Positions 1 through 13,740 of a DNA stretch of 64,000 nucleotides are shown in pieces. The notes beneath the pieces were generated by a model. It was not told the origin of the DNA and did no database searches. It saw only the letters and a list, made by a program, of their open reading frames with translations. Position 1 is the stretch's first letter. Each line of letters opens with the position of its first letter. The stretch is taken from positions 4,588,001-4,652,000 of the forward strand of contig CATNEN010000024.1 of NCBI GenBank assembly GCA_950097015.1. The letters run 5' to 3'. This stretch comes from Macrostomum hystrix. Its lineage: Eukaryota; Animalia; Platyhelminthes. The translations under genes and the position numbers were made by a program.

Positions 1-80
1 AGAAAAGGGCACTCCTACAATAGAGTTACCATAGAAAAGGGCACCCCTACAATAGAGTTACCATAGAAAAGGGCACTCCT
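1..80. repeat. 32-bp tandem repeat (agaaaagggcactcctacaatagagttaccat), about 2.5 copies, cut by window edge
   Basis: Unit restarts at 1, 33 and 65. Confidence 0.9.
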
Positions 81-825
81 CCCTATGAGAGGGCACATTG
101 TTGGCGTATATCCATTCAGTCATAAATTTTCCTGTGACAATCGAGTGAGAGGCAGATTTCCACGCTCTGCCAGTTGCACCTTCTCCCTGCAAGTTTGCCA
201 GGAGGAAATTCCCACGCTTCTACTCCCACATCCCAGGACATATTATCCCGATTCAAATTCGCCTGAGCCACAAGGTCCTACTTAGTATTTATGACATCTG
301 TTACACATCTAGCCGTAGCTTCAGCACCGCAGCAGCAGCAGCAGCAGCAGCAGCAACGGCATCTCATTTTTCATGCAGACCTAAGCCAAGCTAACCGAAT
401 CTTTCGTGCATATTGCCAGCTCCATCGGTGTCCATGTGAAGAGCTGAACAGTTGAAAAATAACGAGTTACTCTTTAATATGGTGACTAAGTGTTGTAAAG
501 CCTAGGTTTAACTAACTAAAATACAAGAGGGTATGGGAGCAGGATCAACTGCAGTAGACCGATCATTCGTTCGTTCGAGAAAATTGCTAATTTATCCCCG
601 CTTTTGCGAACTCCTGGATATGCTGCTGACTCAGGCGAAATAGGAATCTTGCCTGCGTTACGGAGGACTGATCGAAAATCTGGGATGCAGACGGCTTTGG
701 AGGGGATTGGACAAAACCACACACCAACATGATCTGCGGCATTCCTACTGAAGATGTCGGGCAGAAGAGAACTGTTATCTGTAAAAATTTACTCGTTGAC
801 TCGTTCAATATTCTAATTAGCCACA

Positions 826-1470
826 AATCAACCAGGGAGTGACATTCTAATGATCCATCATCAATTAACCAGGGAGTGACATTCTAATGATCCATCATCA
901 ATCAACCAGGGAGTGACATTCTAATGATCCATCATCAATCAACCAGGGAGTGACATTCTAATGATCCATCATCAATCAACCAGGGAGTGACATTCTAATG
1001 ATCCATCATCAATCAACCAGGGAGTGACATTCTAATGATCCATCATCAATCAACCAGGGAGTGACATTCTAATGATCCATCATCAATCAACCAGGGAGTG
1101 ACATTCTAATGATCCATCATCAATCAACCAGGGAGTGACATTCTAATGATCCATCATCAATCAACCAGGGAGTGACATTCTAATGATCCATCATCAATCA
1201 ACCAGGGAGTGACATTCTAATGATCCATCATCAATCAACCAGGGAGTGACATTCTAATGATCCATCATCAATCAACCAGGTAGTGACATTCTAATGATCC
1301 ATCATCAATCAACCAGGTAGTGACATTCTAATGATCCATCATCAATCAACCAGGGAGTGACATTCTAATGATCCATCTATCAACCAGGGAGTGAGATTCT
1401 AATGATCCATCAATCAACCAGGGAGTGACATTCTAATGATCCATCAATCAAACAGGAAGTGACATTCTCG
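826..1470. repeat. 37-bp minisatellite (aatcaaccagggagtgacattctaatgatccatcatc), about 17 copies
   Basis: Head-to-tail near-identical units with no spacers; degenerate copies continue to about 1560. Confidence 0.95.
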
Positions 1471-2609
1471 AGAATGAAAGTATGACTAACAATCAACCTG
1501 GGAGTGACATTCTTGAGAGTGAGTGAAATTGTGATTTATCAAGTAACCAGGGAGCGACATTCTTTGGTGTGAAAATAAACATTGAACGGCCAGTTGTTCT
1601 GATGCAACTCAGAAATCTTTCTTTGCTAGGCAAAATTATTCTGAAACTTTTTCGTTAAAGAAACAAGGTTATTATATGATTTATTATTATCAAAAGCAAT
1701 AACAAGACAAAAACAAAACAATGAGGTGAATGTGTCGAAGAAGTGCTTTTTAGTTTCTATTATAAAAAAACAAAAAACAAAATACGTTTTTCCAAATTTC
1801 AGTATACGCTCATTATTTTAACAAGACGGTAGAGCATCATAGAGAATAATTACTATTGTAAAACAATTTTTCTAATTTTTTTCAAGTAAAGTAGATGATT
1901 ATATTCATTGGTAACGTATTCTAACTGTAATTATACTGGGCATGTATGGTATACTAATTTGAAACTAGTTTATTTTCTTAATTTCAAACAGTAGCTCTAA
2001 TAATAGAATAATAGAGTTAGCACAATATGCAGCTACTGAAAGTAGGAGGAATAGTTTATGCGCATATTTTTATTGATTAATTATAATAATTGCACAACGC
2101 CAAATGCTACTATACAAGTGAATACTGGAGCAGCTGGATAGGGATGGGACAAAGAGCGAGTTTTTACTTTCGCTGTTCCCAATCTTGTTGCTTATGTATA
2201 ATATCATAAATGATAGAAGCATGGTATGCCCATACAGGTAATTGAAGAAATAATAACAATAGTTATAATAATAATAATGAAGAGGATAAATTGTCGTTGC
2301 CAGTCTTTCTTGGGTATAAATTTTATATTGGCAGAGAGAGAAATAAGACTACAAATTAACATGCGGTTAGCAACTTAGACAGTAGTGAACACGTGAAGGT
2401 CAGACAGAAGCTGATTGATGGTTAACTAAGTAAAATTAGAAAGCTGCGAAGCAAACCAAAGGAAGCGAATATATCAATGTGCTGAAACAGTGACAGGGCA
2501 GAAAAAAACAATGCAAATATTAGCGTTTTCTTCTTAAAGAAACAATCGACAACGAGAAATTATACTCGCACGATGACACTGTGATCATTATTCAATGTAA
2601 ACAAATCGG

Positions 2610-5561
2610 TCAGGGCCGGCAGTACTTGTAGCGATTGTTCATGTGCTGCGAGAATGAACCGCTGTGCGAGAATCGCTTGCCGCAGCGGCCGCATTGAAAC
2701 GGCTTCTCACCGCTGTGCAGCCGTTCGTGCTCGGTCAGGTGGTGCTTGTGCTTAAAGGCCTTGCTGCATGTGGAACAGGAAAACGGCCGGATGCCTGCCA
2801 GCGATTTCAGGGGGTTGGGGAGCATCTGACTATGCGACTCGGTAGTTCAATTGTACCTGGCCTGATACATATTGAATCTCTCGACTTTCTCGACTTAATC
2901 AATTCATCAATCTCACACAGGCACACGCTCACACAGGTGTGTACATCTGCCCTGACTTTCTCATCGTCAGGCAGTGTACACTCTCACTGCGCCTTGGAGG
3001 TTGGCCCTCAAGGGCGCAAATTGCACGACAAGCCACCAAGCCTTCTCTCTGCGGCTGCGCCCCAATTTAATGTGACCTCGCCGCGGAATCGAACTCAGGG
3101 ATCTTGGAGCGAGAGACAAACGCGTTAGACCACTTGGTCACTAACCCCTATTAATCTATCTATACATCACTCAATTTATTAATCTACCTGTCGATCTCTA
3201 GGCTCTGAATCGTTACAACCAGCTTTCTCACCAGTGTGCTCATATCGATGCCTAGTAAGCGAGCTGAGCTTTGAGAAGACTTTGCTGCACTTTTCGCACG
3301 GGAAGCAGTCCCCGCCGCCGCCGCTGCCGCCGCCTAAGGCGCTCCTTTGATCGCCGGTGGAGTTGGCGCTGTCTGGCCTCTCGACAATGACCGGGCTTAG
3401 CTGAAAAAAATGGTGACACAAATGAAAAAATTGCCTGTTAAAAACTAACTTGAATTAAATATGACAATTATGGCTCCAGGTGGCCACAGTCCAACGATAA
3501 CGCTGGACTGAGAACTTGCTGGCATTCGGATTAGGGATAATGAGCCCCTAAGGGAAACGTCGAGGCCAGAGGTAGAAATTGGGAATTTAGGGAGAGCGTC
3601 CTACCTCTACTACCTCTTGAGCATCTTCAATTTCTATCCATCCGCGATCTTCAACCCCTCACTCCCTCCGCCTCCGAATGGGATCAGTCGAGAGGCCCCC
3701 GGCTCCAGTCCCAGGGGGTGGTCTCCGTTCGGCTTCGTCTATCAGGCTTCGGTCATCTGTTGTCCTATTTTCCCAATCGCCTTATAGGAGTAATATACGC
3801 ATATACAGATGATGCTTAACCCTTCATATCGAACTGGGTAGAATAGGAAAAATTTGAGATGCCAAATATGGCGAAACTATGGGTCCACGTCTAGGGTAAT
3901 AGGTAATTTTAGACAAACTCCCTTCTTCCTCGTCCCAAATCTCCCAAAGCTCTCTTAGTCTAGAGTCATGGCGGTTATTCCTCTGCTTCACACCTTAACT
4001 TCGTTAGCCGATGGAGCCCCAAATATAGGTGCCGCCGCTAATCAGAATGCGTAAGAGAGAATGATTTAATTTATCCACCGCGCCAAGCCTAATCATTGAC
4101 TATCCGCGGCTTCAGCAGAAAATGCAAAATAAATCGAGTGGCCTAGATGACGGCTGAGTGAGCTGACTCACGGGGGAAGGGGGGCGGCGGCTGCGGCTGA
4201 GCAGGGAGTGCCGCCACCGGTTTGAGTCCGAATTGAGGTGAGGCACTGGGACTGGCTATTCGGCAGAAACGGTTCGAGGATCTTTTAGAGAGAAAGTAAA
4301 AAAGGGAAGAAGTAGAAGAGAAGAACCAGTTGCGGATGGATTTGGATAACCAGGAGAGCCGGGTGAGCGAGAGCCCGCACCCCACAGGCCGCCGCCGGTG
4401 GAATTGCCCGGTGGCTATCGGGTCGGAAAGTAATTTAGCGGGGAGGCCTATGTAAATTTATTGATTTCTACCCGCCACCCCAATCCAGATTCCTGAGCAC
4501 TCGTTCGAAATCGCCCCTTCGCATCGGCCTCGTTCCAGCCCTCCTACACAACGTAGCAGACCAGGAGGGCCTGGCGGAGGAAAGGCGAGTGGAAGAGGAA
4601 GAACTCTCTCTCTCTCTCCTGACAGTTATTGGTAGAGCTGTCAGGTGGGGCCGCAGCTCTTAAGTCCCTGTGATCTGATGCGCGAGGCGTGAGTAGGCAG
4701 AACGGATGAGACAACATTGCTGCAGAAAAATTGGTGTTCGGTTTCTTAGCGAATTGGGTCCCCTATGTCTTGAGGGCGGCAAAATACTGATCTTTAACGG
4801 TTAGAGACCAAAATTAACAGGCCTTGGGAAATCAAAAGATCCACGTATCTAAAGATCCCATTAGTTACTCACGAGGCCATCGAGTCTAGCGGAGCCGTAG
4901 CTGCTCTCAAGCGCATCGTCGCTCATCTGCTCCGCGTCCTCTGGATGCGGCTCCCGCTTAACGCAGAGGTCCAGCACCTGGTTGGCGACCAGCGGCGCCT
5001 CTGACTGCCGCTGCTGCTGATAATGCTGACTCTGCTGCTTGTGCTGGCGATGATGCTGCAGGTGTGGCAAGTGAAGCTGGTTGCGCACCGCTGCTACGGA
5101 CCATTTGTTAGCCGCCGACGCGGGAGGCGCCAGGCGAAGATCCAACGGTTCAGCCTGAATGTCCGCCTCAAGCTTCTCCTTGATGCTAGGCGGTGCCGCG
5201 GCCAATACTGCAGCGGCCGCTGTCGCTGCTGCCGCCGCAGCCGCAGCAGCTCGCAATGGATTTTGAAGATTTTGTTGCGGCAGATGCAGCTGCTGCTGCT
5301 GCTGTTGAGCAATAGCAGGTAGGTAGGCAGGCCAAGGATAGGCTGCCTGGGCGGTCGGCAGCCACATGCCGATGGCTGCCAAGTCGCCGGCGCGAGGTCC
5401 GCCAACGCAGCCAGCTCCGCTAGTGACGGGGAACGGAATCATGCAGGCGTTCGGCACAATGTGAAGGTTGTGAATCACCGCCTCCTTGTCCGCAGCGGAC
5501 TGGGCTTGTGATTTCCGGCTAGTCACGATGCCGGTGGGCAGTAAAGTCTGCGGCGACAGCT

Positions 5562-5592
<31 letters not shown>

Positions 5593-7786
5593 TTGGGGTG
5601 GCGCAGAAGAGATTGGCGGCGCTTGCACTGGCACGCCGGTGGCTTTGATCTCCTTGCCCTGGCGCCGATCGCGAGAGCGTGAGTTCTGGAACCAAACTCT
5701 GACTACCTTCGGTGAGAGCCGCGTCACGGAGGCGATGCGCTGAAGGTCCATGGCAGTCGGCAGCGGATTGGACTGGTAGAACACCTTCAATGCGTCCACT
5801 TGGTCAGCGTGGATCACCGAGCGGGTCCGCTTCTCCCTGTCAGCGCTGCCTCCGCCTCCGCTGCTGCCAACGCCAACGATGCTTCGCTCACTGTCCATAA
5901 CAGCTTCTCCGTCGGGTTCATCGAAATCGGCGCCTACGCTGGCGCTGCCTCCACCCATCAAGTCGACGGTCGGCATGGCGACAACTGCGTTCGAGATTTC
6001 CGACTCATCACCCGGATAAACGCGATGAAAGTCGACTACGACGGGAAGGTCGGCCGCCGCGGATTTGGCGCCGCTGTCGCGCACAGTCTCCAGAATGCGC
6101 CTGATTGAGCTGAGGTCCTCGCCGCACGACGATGTGTCATCGTCCGGAGAGCGAATCCCGCAGTTCGCCGTCATCTCGTCCAGATTCGCCGGAATTAGCG
6201 GCGGCGGTGGTGGCGGCGGCAGGAGCATCGGCTGATGCAGCAGCTGCGGCTCCGGCTGCCGGTGAGTCAGCAGCGGCGGAGGCGGCGGCAGAACCATCGT
6301 CGGCGGCTCTGACTGCGCGATCCGCTCTCCAGCCTTGGTCGGGGAGAGGGCGGCGCACTTTTTGGAGGTCATGTGACTGCTGTAGGAGCCGCTGTGCGAG
6401 AACCGCTTGCCGCAGGACTGGCACATAAACGGCTTCTCGCCTGAGTGAATTCGCACGTGCTCCTTCAGGTGGTGCTTAAACTTGAACGCCTTGCCGCACT
6501 CCTGGCATTTGAACTTGCGCAGCTCGGAGCTCTCATTGTGACTAATTAGGTGGCGCTGGAGGCGGTAGATGTTGGCGAACATCTTGTTGCAGACGCCACA
6601 CTTTTGCGCATCCGGACTGTGCTCGGCGCTGTGCCGGTCCAAGTCGGTCTTGCTGGCGAAGGCGCCGCCGCACTCGATGCAGGCGAAGCGACCGTCGGCA
6701 TCGGCTTCGACGTCGATTTCAATGTTGTCGGTGTCGTCCGCTTCAGCAGATGGCTCCAGTGGGCTGGGTGCTGGAGCTGGGGAATTTTAGTGGAATTTTA
6801 CTTGAGTTTTATTCAGATTAAGAGAAACTTTTTTATCTACTTCAGGGGTCGGCAAACTTATTAGCAAGCGGACCAAAGAGAGATTCTAAAAGACGACAGC
6901 GGGCCGTATTGACAGTAGAAATCTGAGACACAGGAGAGATGAGAAACGGGAGAGATGAGAAACGGGAGAGATGAGACACGGGAGAGATGAGACACATGAG
7001 AGATAAGAGACGGAAGAGATGAGACATGGGAGAGATGAGACACGGAAAAGAGTAGACCGAGAGATGACACGGGATACTGTAGGTGGAAGGGGCAGCGGGC
7101 CGGATTTGGGAGCTTCGAGGGCCGCATCTGGCCCGCGGGTGCTCTTCTTCCTCTCTGAACCTTCTCTCCTCCTGATCCATCGATCCTCACCATCATCAGC
7201 AGAGTCGGTCTCCAGGTTGCGACTGTGGCCGTCAGCCTTCTCATCCAGCACAGCGGTCGATTCGTTTTCGTCGACATCCATGGCTGCTACGGGACGGGAA
7301 AGTTTATCAGCGCTTTTTAGATTTGAACAGATAGATGCGAATGACACCTAAGCGAGTTGGGCCAGATGTACAGCGGTTCGGTCCATGGACTGGGGGAAGC
7401 TGGCGCACTTACTCAAATATCTACCGAAGCTTATGCTGGTACCCATTTTACAGCTGTGTGAACTGAAGCAACGGGAATTTAAGGCTCTGGTTTAAGGACA
7501 CAAATTACTTCCTATCCTATGATCTGGGATACGAACCCACGACCTCTCGGTCGCAAGACTTGAAGCTCTAACCACTGGACTCGAATCTACCAGATTGCTA
7601 AATAGTGCATAACATGAAGAGCTTACCGTGGGCCAAATCGTGTGCTGGCGCAAGATTCTGATTCTCGTCCGGTTTCATCATCAGCTGCGGGCTGGCTTCG
7701 GGCACATCAACGTTCGGCATCTGTTCCTCCTCTCCAACTGCCGCTATGGGATTACCGTCAGTGTCTGCGAAGGAGAAGAAGTTCAT
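2610..7786 (-). CDS. zfh1: ZEB/Zfh1-family zinc-finger homeodomain transcriptional repressor, 5 coding exons, 837 aa
   Basis: Exons 7786-7627, 7286-7191, 6776-4873, 3400-3232, 2794-2610 all have GT/AG ends and compatible phases (1,1,0,1); 2514 nt in total. N-terminal cluster of 4 fingers ([62 protein letters not shown]); central homeodomain [21 protein letters not shown]; CtBP motifs PLDLR and VLDLC; C-terminal 3 fingers ([56 protein letters not shown]). This is the canonical ZEB architecture. Confidence 0.93.
2915..3148 (-). mobile_element. tRNA-derived SINE, family 1, in ZEB intron 4
   Basis: Minus strand begins ggggttagtgaccaagtggtctaacgcg (A box) and gagttcgattcc (B box); body matches the copy at 33431-33665. 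Confidence 0.85.
4873..6776 (-). CDS. zfh1: ZEB/Zfh1 large exon 3 (N-terminal zinc fingers, homeodomain, PLDL motifs)
   Basis: Acceptor ttccccag|ct at 6777/6776, donor ctc|gtgagt at 4873/4872; contains ORF 4861..6642 of the track. Confidence 0.95.
6843..7140 (-). mobile_element. hAT-type MITE, one end missing, in ZEB intron 2
   Basis: TIR caggggtcggcaaac at 6843, internal gagagatgagacacgg repeats, and subterminal ggcccgcgggccagatgcggccctcgaagctcccaaatccggccc shared with the intact copies; the last about 20 bp of the other TIR is absent. Confidence 0.85.
7341..7584 (-). mobile_element. tRNA-derived SINE, family 2, in ZEB intron 1
   Basis: Head tccagtggttagagc..ggttcgtatccc; central ttcagttcacacagctgtaaaatgggtacc block; 3' cccccagtccatgga..catctggcccaact shared with the copies at 16441 and 55690. 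Confidence 0.8.
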
Positions 7787-8872
7787 TGTGGATGTTTTTT
7801 TAATGACCATAGTTGCTTCAAATATGAGAATGCGAATGTCAGTTTCTTAGCAACTGTATCTGTGCATCCAAAAGCGAGATCAGTATCAGTACTCATTATA
7901 ATGATAATAATAATAATATTGCATATATGATTAATAGCACGCTTTGCATTTCCTGAAAGTATCTCTTTGAACTCCCTCCCACGATGAATAGCCTGCTGCT
8001 GCTGCTGCTGCTGTTTTTTTCTATGTCATATCACATTTCGGCCTATAAGCTCCTGATTTATCTCAGCCTTCAAGAAACGGAAATAATAAAACACACAGAC
8101 ACAGACACACACTCAAAAGCCCCTAGGTACCATGCTAGCTGCAATTGGTGAATTAAGCTGACTAACTTGAGAGTATCAATATCAGTTTTCAAACTGAATT
8201 CTGTATTTTCTTGCATAATTATTGCTAAGGTGCTGATACTGCGAAGCAAGTATCTGAAAGCAAAAATAACCACAGGAAAAAATTATGAATAAAAATAACT
8301 GCATGAAGCAATTCATCTGTCTTAATGCTTCGCCATAACAGATTACGAAAAGACAAGCCAACAAACTGATACATGCAATAGGGCTTGTGTCAACCACTTT
8401 ACCTCCAAGCATCTGTTGCCTGTATGCCTGAATGCATTCTACGAATGCGAATGAATAATGATGCTTTCAGTTTTTTTGTTATTGGGTTGCATGGTGCGCG
8501 ACCTGCGTCATCTCACCGCTTTTGTGCAAGAACAGGTCGCGCAGGCTCTCACACACACGCAATACCACTGCATCACAGCATCTGCGCCCGTGATATTTTA
8601 GTTTGAAACCATTGAAACCCGAGTAAGGTGCAGGTCGGGCACACGCTTCTCACCGTTGTCAAACGCAAATTTTGTTAAATGAATATATGAAGAATATTAG
8701 CTAAGAAGCTATGTTGCAGAAAAAACAGTAAGTTGCTGGCTTAGTGCGAGATCGTGTTAGACGAAACTAATGAATTAGATTTGCTGAAACTATAAGACTA
8801 GAGGAACAAGGACTTGTAAGCCTGCCAATCCCTTTTACTCTTCCATCCATCTATTCTAATTGTGTTCCATCC

Positions 8873-9480
8873 TTAGATCAACTGACCGTCTCTCCCATCC
8901 GTAAATCTTGACACACTCTCCCATCCCTAGATCAACCGTCACTCTCTCTTATCTCTAGATCAGCTGACACTCTCTCCCATCCCTAGATCAACCGTCACTC
9001 TCTTATCTCTAGATCAGCTGACACTCTCTCCCATCCCTAGATCAACCGTCACTCTCTCTTACCTCTAGATCAGCTGACACTCTCTCCCATCCCTAGATCA
9101 ACCGTCACTCTCTCTTATCTCTAGATCAGCTGACACTCTCTCCCATCCCTAGATCAACCGTCACTCTCTCTTATCTCTAGATCAGCTGACACTCTCTCCC
9201 ATCCCTAGATCAACCGACACTCTCTCTTATCTCTAGATCAGCTGACACTCTCTCCCATCCCTAGATCAACCGTCACTCTCTCTTATCTCTAGATCAGCTG
9301 ACACTCTCCCATCCCTAGATCAACCGTCACTCTCTCTTATCTCTAGATCAGCTGACACTCTCTCCCATCCCTAGATCAACCGTCACTCTCTCTTATCTCT
9401 AGATCAGCTGACACTCTCCCATCCCTAGATCAACTGACACTCTCTTATCTCTAGATCAACAGTCACTCACTCGTGTCTCT
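8873..9480. repeat. 56-bp higher-order minisatellite (dimer of two related 28-mers)
   Basis: Alternating ctctagatcagctgacactctctcccat and ccctagatcaaccgtcactctctcttat. Confidence 0.9.
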
Positions 9481-12400
9481 AGATCGATGCTTATTCCATT
9501 GTATTTCAATTAAGTAGGAAAGACAAATTTTACAAAGGCAATTTCAAAGCAAACTAAATCAAATTATATAAACTATAGCCTGTGGTATTATGTGTAGTAG
9601 GTAAGGCCGGTACGAATTCTTATATTGAACCGCTTCAGTAAAAAGTGAAATTAAAGAAGAAGCAGACAAACTAGAGGAGCACATAAGAAGGAAAAAAGAT
9701 TCGACGGGCTCTTATATTGGGATGTTTGATCGGGTGTTCTGTGAAGCATCTCATCTCTCAGTGTGGTCAAACACCTTCTTACAGACGGCTAGAAGGAGTC
9801 TCTATTGACCACCGGAACTTCAGACACGAGCTAGGAGCAAAGTTGTACAAGAAGTGTTAATGTGTTAGAGGCCTATGGGCAGGAGTTCGTGTTTACTGAT
9901 TGAGCGGTGTAGGGGAGGATGGGGTGGCTGGCTGCCCATCCCACCCAATTTCAGATTGCTCAAGTTGGATTGAAGGCCTTATATACATAAGTTGAGCTCC
10001 GCGAGATGAAGCGGCGAGACTTCGCGGGAGCCAAGGAGGTGAAGAGAAAACAGAAATGAGAGGATCGGGAGCAGAAATTGCTGCATGGGAGAGAAACAAG
10101 GCGCGAAGATTACCTCAAAAATTGATCCCACGCGCTGTCGAAGCCCCGATAGATATAACGAAGATCTAGGAATGGAAAGAAGGAGAACGTTTGGGCCGGC
10201 CTCAATACCCCTTTCTATAAGGCCCTCCCACCACCGCGTGTTTGCCGACGGCCTCAAAGGCGTTCTAGAGCTAGACAGGCCGGGCTGGGGGGTCTTAGGA
10301 AACTGTTTAGCTGTTAAGCCGGCCGCTGACAGCGCACAAATTATGAAATAAATTCCAGCAGCAGAAGCAGCAGCAGAGCATCTCCTAGGTGGCCAAAGCT
10401 TCTCATTCCCGGTTTCATCCCCTCACGAACCGTTTCCCCGCCACCCACCCCTGAACAGGAAAAATCCTTTCCACAAATTGGCTTCCCCTCCACCCCACCC
10501 CGTAGAGCGAGCGGCTCACTTTCCATCAAGGTTGGAGCTGTGTGTAAAGGTCCGCTTATACAGACCTCCAATCTTCACCAAAATATCCCTTATCCTCGCG
10601 TTGGAGCAGGATTGTATAAGCTTGTGGGTTGGCTCTCTCGACTCAAATAATGCTGCACTGCTGCACTCACAAATTACAGACTTTAGTGTTAGCAATGCCA
10701 ACGGAATCTCTAAGAAATTAGGGACGGGGCGGGAAATAGCGAAAACTCTCATGAATAGCATCTGGGAGATTTCAGTCTAATTTTATCCCAATTTGTGATA
10801 GCTTATCCATCTCAGCCAGCCCTAACTAACCTCGCCCAGTCCTGTCAAAGATCCTTTCCGTTCCCCACAATAAGTTAGAATTTTCTAGACTAAACGCAGA
10901 AGCAGTTTAAATATTTTTGGTTCAAGAAATATCTTACCTTAACTTGTCCACAATTAAGGTATTAATTTTTTCATTAAAAATGTTTTCAAATTTGTCAATC
11001 TAGGGTTTACATATGAGACATGTTTGACCATTGGATTATATTGAACTGCAAGCTGAGCACACCAGCTCAAGCTGTTGGGATATTTGCTTGCCCAGAGCAA
11101 CCTTATTTGAGCATTTATAATATTAGGCGAAGGGAAAACAGCGTCTGTAAGTGTATGCTGGAGAAATCCCACTTGAGAAGCCGCACATGAGTTCTCACGG
11201 AGGGAGACAAGATGGGAAGCGATTGGTGTGAGAGTTTGTCATACCAGCGTGCCCAAATATAGGGAAAGCAGACAGACTGAAAAAGACAGAGGATCAGCTA
11301 TATAGGCACAAACGCTTTAGAAAGGAAAGTGATTTCTGCTGTTCGAAAACAGGCAAAGCTTCCGTGTGCTTCCGTGTGCTCATATATGCTTACAAGCGGT
11401 GCCCATTTCCTGCGACTGGGCGCAACCTATTCACGAATGCTCAACTCTGTTCAGTTTAGATTTCTGCACAAAACACAAACAATATTGGAAAAGTGGGAGA
11501 GATTTCTACGTGACAATTAATCTCCGTTAAGGGTTAAATCATAGTGGCTAGCCCGATATTGGAACTAGAGACATTTTTTCGTAGGTAAACTCACCAGAAT
11601 TTAGAATCACTTGCATTCTATAATTAAATCGATGATTGATATTAGTTGAATTTATTTTTTTACTTTTATTACTTAAGATGAAAGATAAAATAATTTTGTC
11701 CCGTAATCTGTGATTCCGTATATATTCGCAGCATCCAACGAATGGGATGAGGATGCCGCGCCGCCGGCGGGGGCTTCACAAATGTGGAGACCAATTAGAC
11801 TTACTCACCTACCTCACCTGCCCGCCTGGACCACCCCCCGCCCTGCCAGCCTCCGTCCAACCAGTTATCGTCTCCCTCTCTCTCTTTTCCCAGTCTCCCC
11901 ATTCAAGGCTGTACAGGTGAATCCGAGGTGGGGCGGGATATTTCCACTCCACCCATCACCGTCCGCCATATTCGCGAAATCCCCGCTAGCCGCTGATTCA
12001 TTCGAGAAAATTTAAGCAAGCAAAACTGATTTTCAACAATATGTAGAATAGTTTGGACTTCAATTCTAATAAAATGAAATCCCCAATTTCCAAGTTTCAA
12101 TGGCATCCGATTAATTTTTTTATGATCGAGAGGAAAAATCTGAATTTCGTTCACACCTTGCACCTTAGGAGAATATAACCATAGGATTTGGACAGACCTA
12201 GGTGGGAAAGAGGCAATCGAACTGAAATTTATTGAATAGAGAGAGGTACAAGAGAGAGAGCAACACGTGTGCCAAATACAACCTGGCACACCCACCCCCC
12301 GCCAGAAAATCCTTCAACAGTGAGTGTAGTTGCCATTACAATCGCCAATATAGCCTATATAGGTAAGTCATGCGGGCAGTGGGAACAAAAAATAGGTAAG

Positions 12401-13047
12401 CCGAGCTGTTTTCGTCACTACGCCATATAGGTATTAAGACAGAAAGGTAAAGGCTGAGCGAGGCATATAATATTCTGTTGTTCGACTACCCCCCACTGAG
12501 TCCCTTGGCCTAAGCAACAAGGTAGGCAATGCCTGAGTACGGAATTCTGTAGTCTCGTAGCAATGCCGTATTGGGAAGAATGACGCGGGAGACTTAATAC
12601 TCGTAGTTTATAGGCATAGGTGAGCGGGCTTGTGCATGGATTCAAGGTGCACAGGCTAAGGAGGAAGGGAGGGGCGGGAAACCAATTTCTTATCGATATT
12701 ATAGATTTTTCTCAGCCAACAATCGGATTTAGACTGCGAGCTATAAGCAGCAACTCAACAGGAGGTGCAGGGGTTGGTGTTTTGTATGCGACATGCAACA
12801 ACAGCACACCTCCATGCACAGCATGTGTGCGGTAGCCTCTATTTATATTGGTCTTACCTATTACTACTACCTTAAGATTAGGAATTGCATTTAAAATCTA
12901 TTTTCCTATAGTGACAAATTGAAATAATCGAAAAAAATAATCACGAACGTGCTTTTGGTTCTAGGCTAGGATTTGATTTGATTTATTTCATATACCGTTT
13001 TTCGTCACCTGAACACAATGACTTCAATGACGTCAATTCACTAACAA

Positions 13048-13740
13048 CAGGGGTCGGCTCGTGAATTTATGAAATCTGCAACACTTTCAACACATCTCCA
13101 GTATATCATCTCACTTTTCTCATCTTCCGTGTCATTATCTCTCACTTATTTCACCTCTACGTGTCTTATCTCTCACTTTTTTTCACCTCTACCGTGTCTT
13201 ATCTCTCACTTTTTTCACCTCTACCGTGTCTTATCTCTCACTTTTTTCACCTCTACCGTGTCTTATCTATCACTTTTTTCACCTCTACCGTGTCTTATCT
13301 CTCACTTTTTTTCACCTCTACCGTGTCTTATCTCTCACCTATTTCACCTCTACAGTGTCTTATCTCTCACTTATTTCACCTCTACCGTGTCTTATCTCTC
13401 ACTTATTTCACCTCTACCGTGTCTTATCTCTCACCTATTTCACCTCTACCGTGTCTTATCTCTCACTTATTTCACCCCTTCCGTGTTGTATCTCTCACTT
13501 ATTTCAACTCTACCGAGTCTTTTCTCTCACCTATTTCACCTCTACCGTGTCTTATCTCTCACTTTTTTAACCTCTTCCGAGTCTTATCTCTCACTTATTT
13601 CACCTCTCCTATGTCTAATATCTTTTTTTTCACCTGTTCCGTGTCTCATTTCTCTTTACTCTCACCTCTCCTAGTCTATTATCTCGTTGCTTCATTGTCA
13701 GCAATCCATGGTAGATGTTATAAGTTTTAACCCTATTTAG
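13048..13740 (+). mobile_element. Decayed hAT-MITE relative containing an expanded about 32-bp (2x16) repeat
   Basis: caggggtcggc at 13048; acatctccagtatatcatctc resembles the MITE interior; array tttcacctctaccgtgtcttatctctcactta (about 13110-13680) resembles a dimer of the MITE 16-mer; no TSD found. Confidence 0.55.

Noticed and set aside
826-1470. 37-bp repeats of CRISPR-like length
   Set aside because: Units are head-to-tail with no unique spacers, there are no cas genes, and the context is eukaryotic.
5023-6864. Plus-strand ORFs overlapping ZEB exon 3 (and 56636, 61509 overlapping E-protein exons)
   Set aside because: Antisense shadows of GC-rich coding sequence.
6886-7347. 153-aa ORF as a single ZEB exon starting at 7347
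   Set aside because: Only 7286-7191 is exonic. The acceptor at 7347 lies in a SINE tail and is out of phase with exon 1, and the 3' part reads into a MITE.
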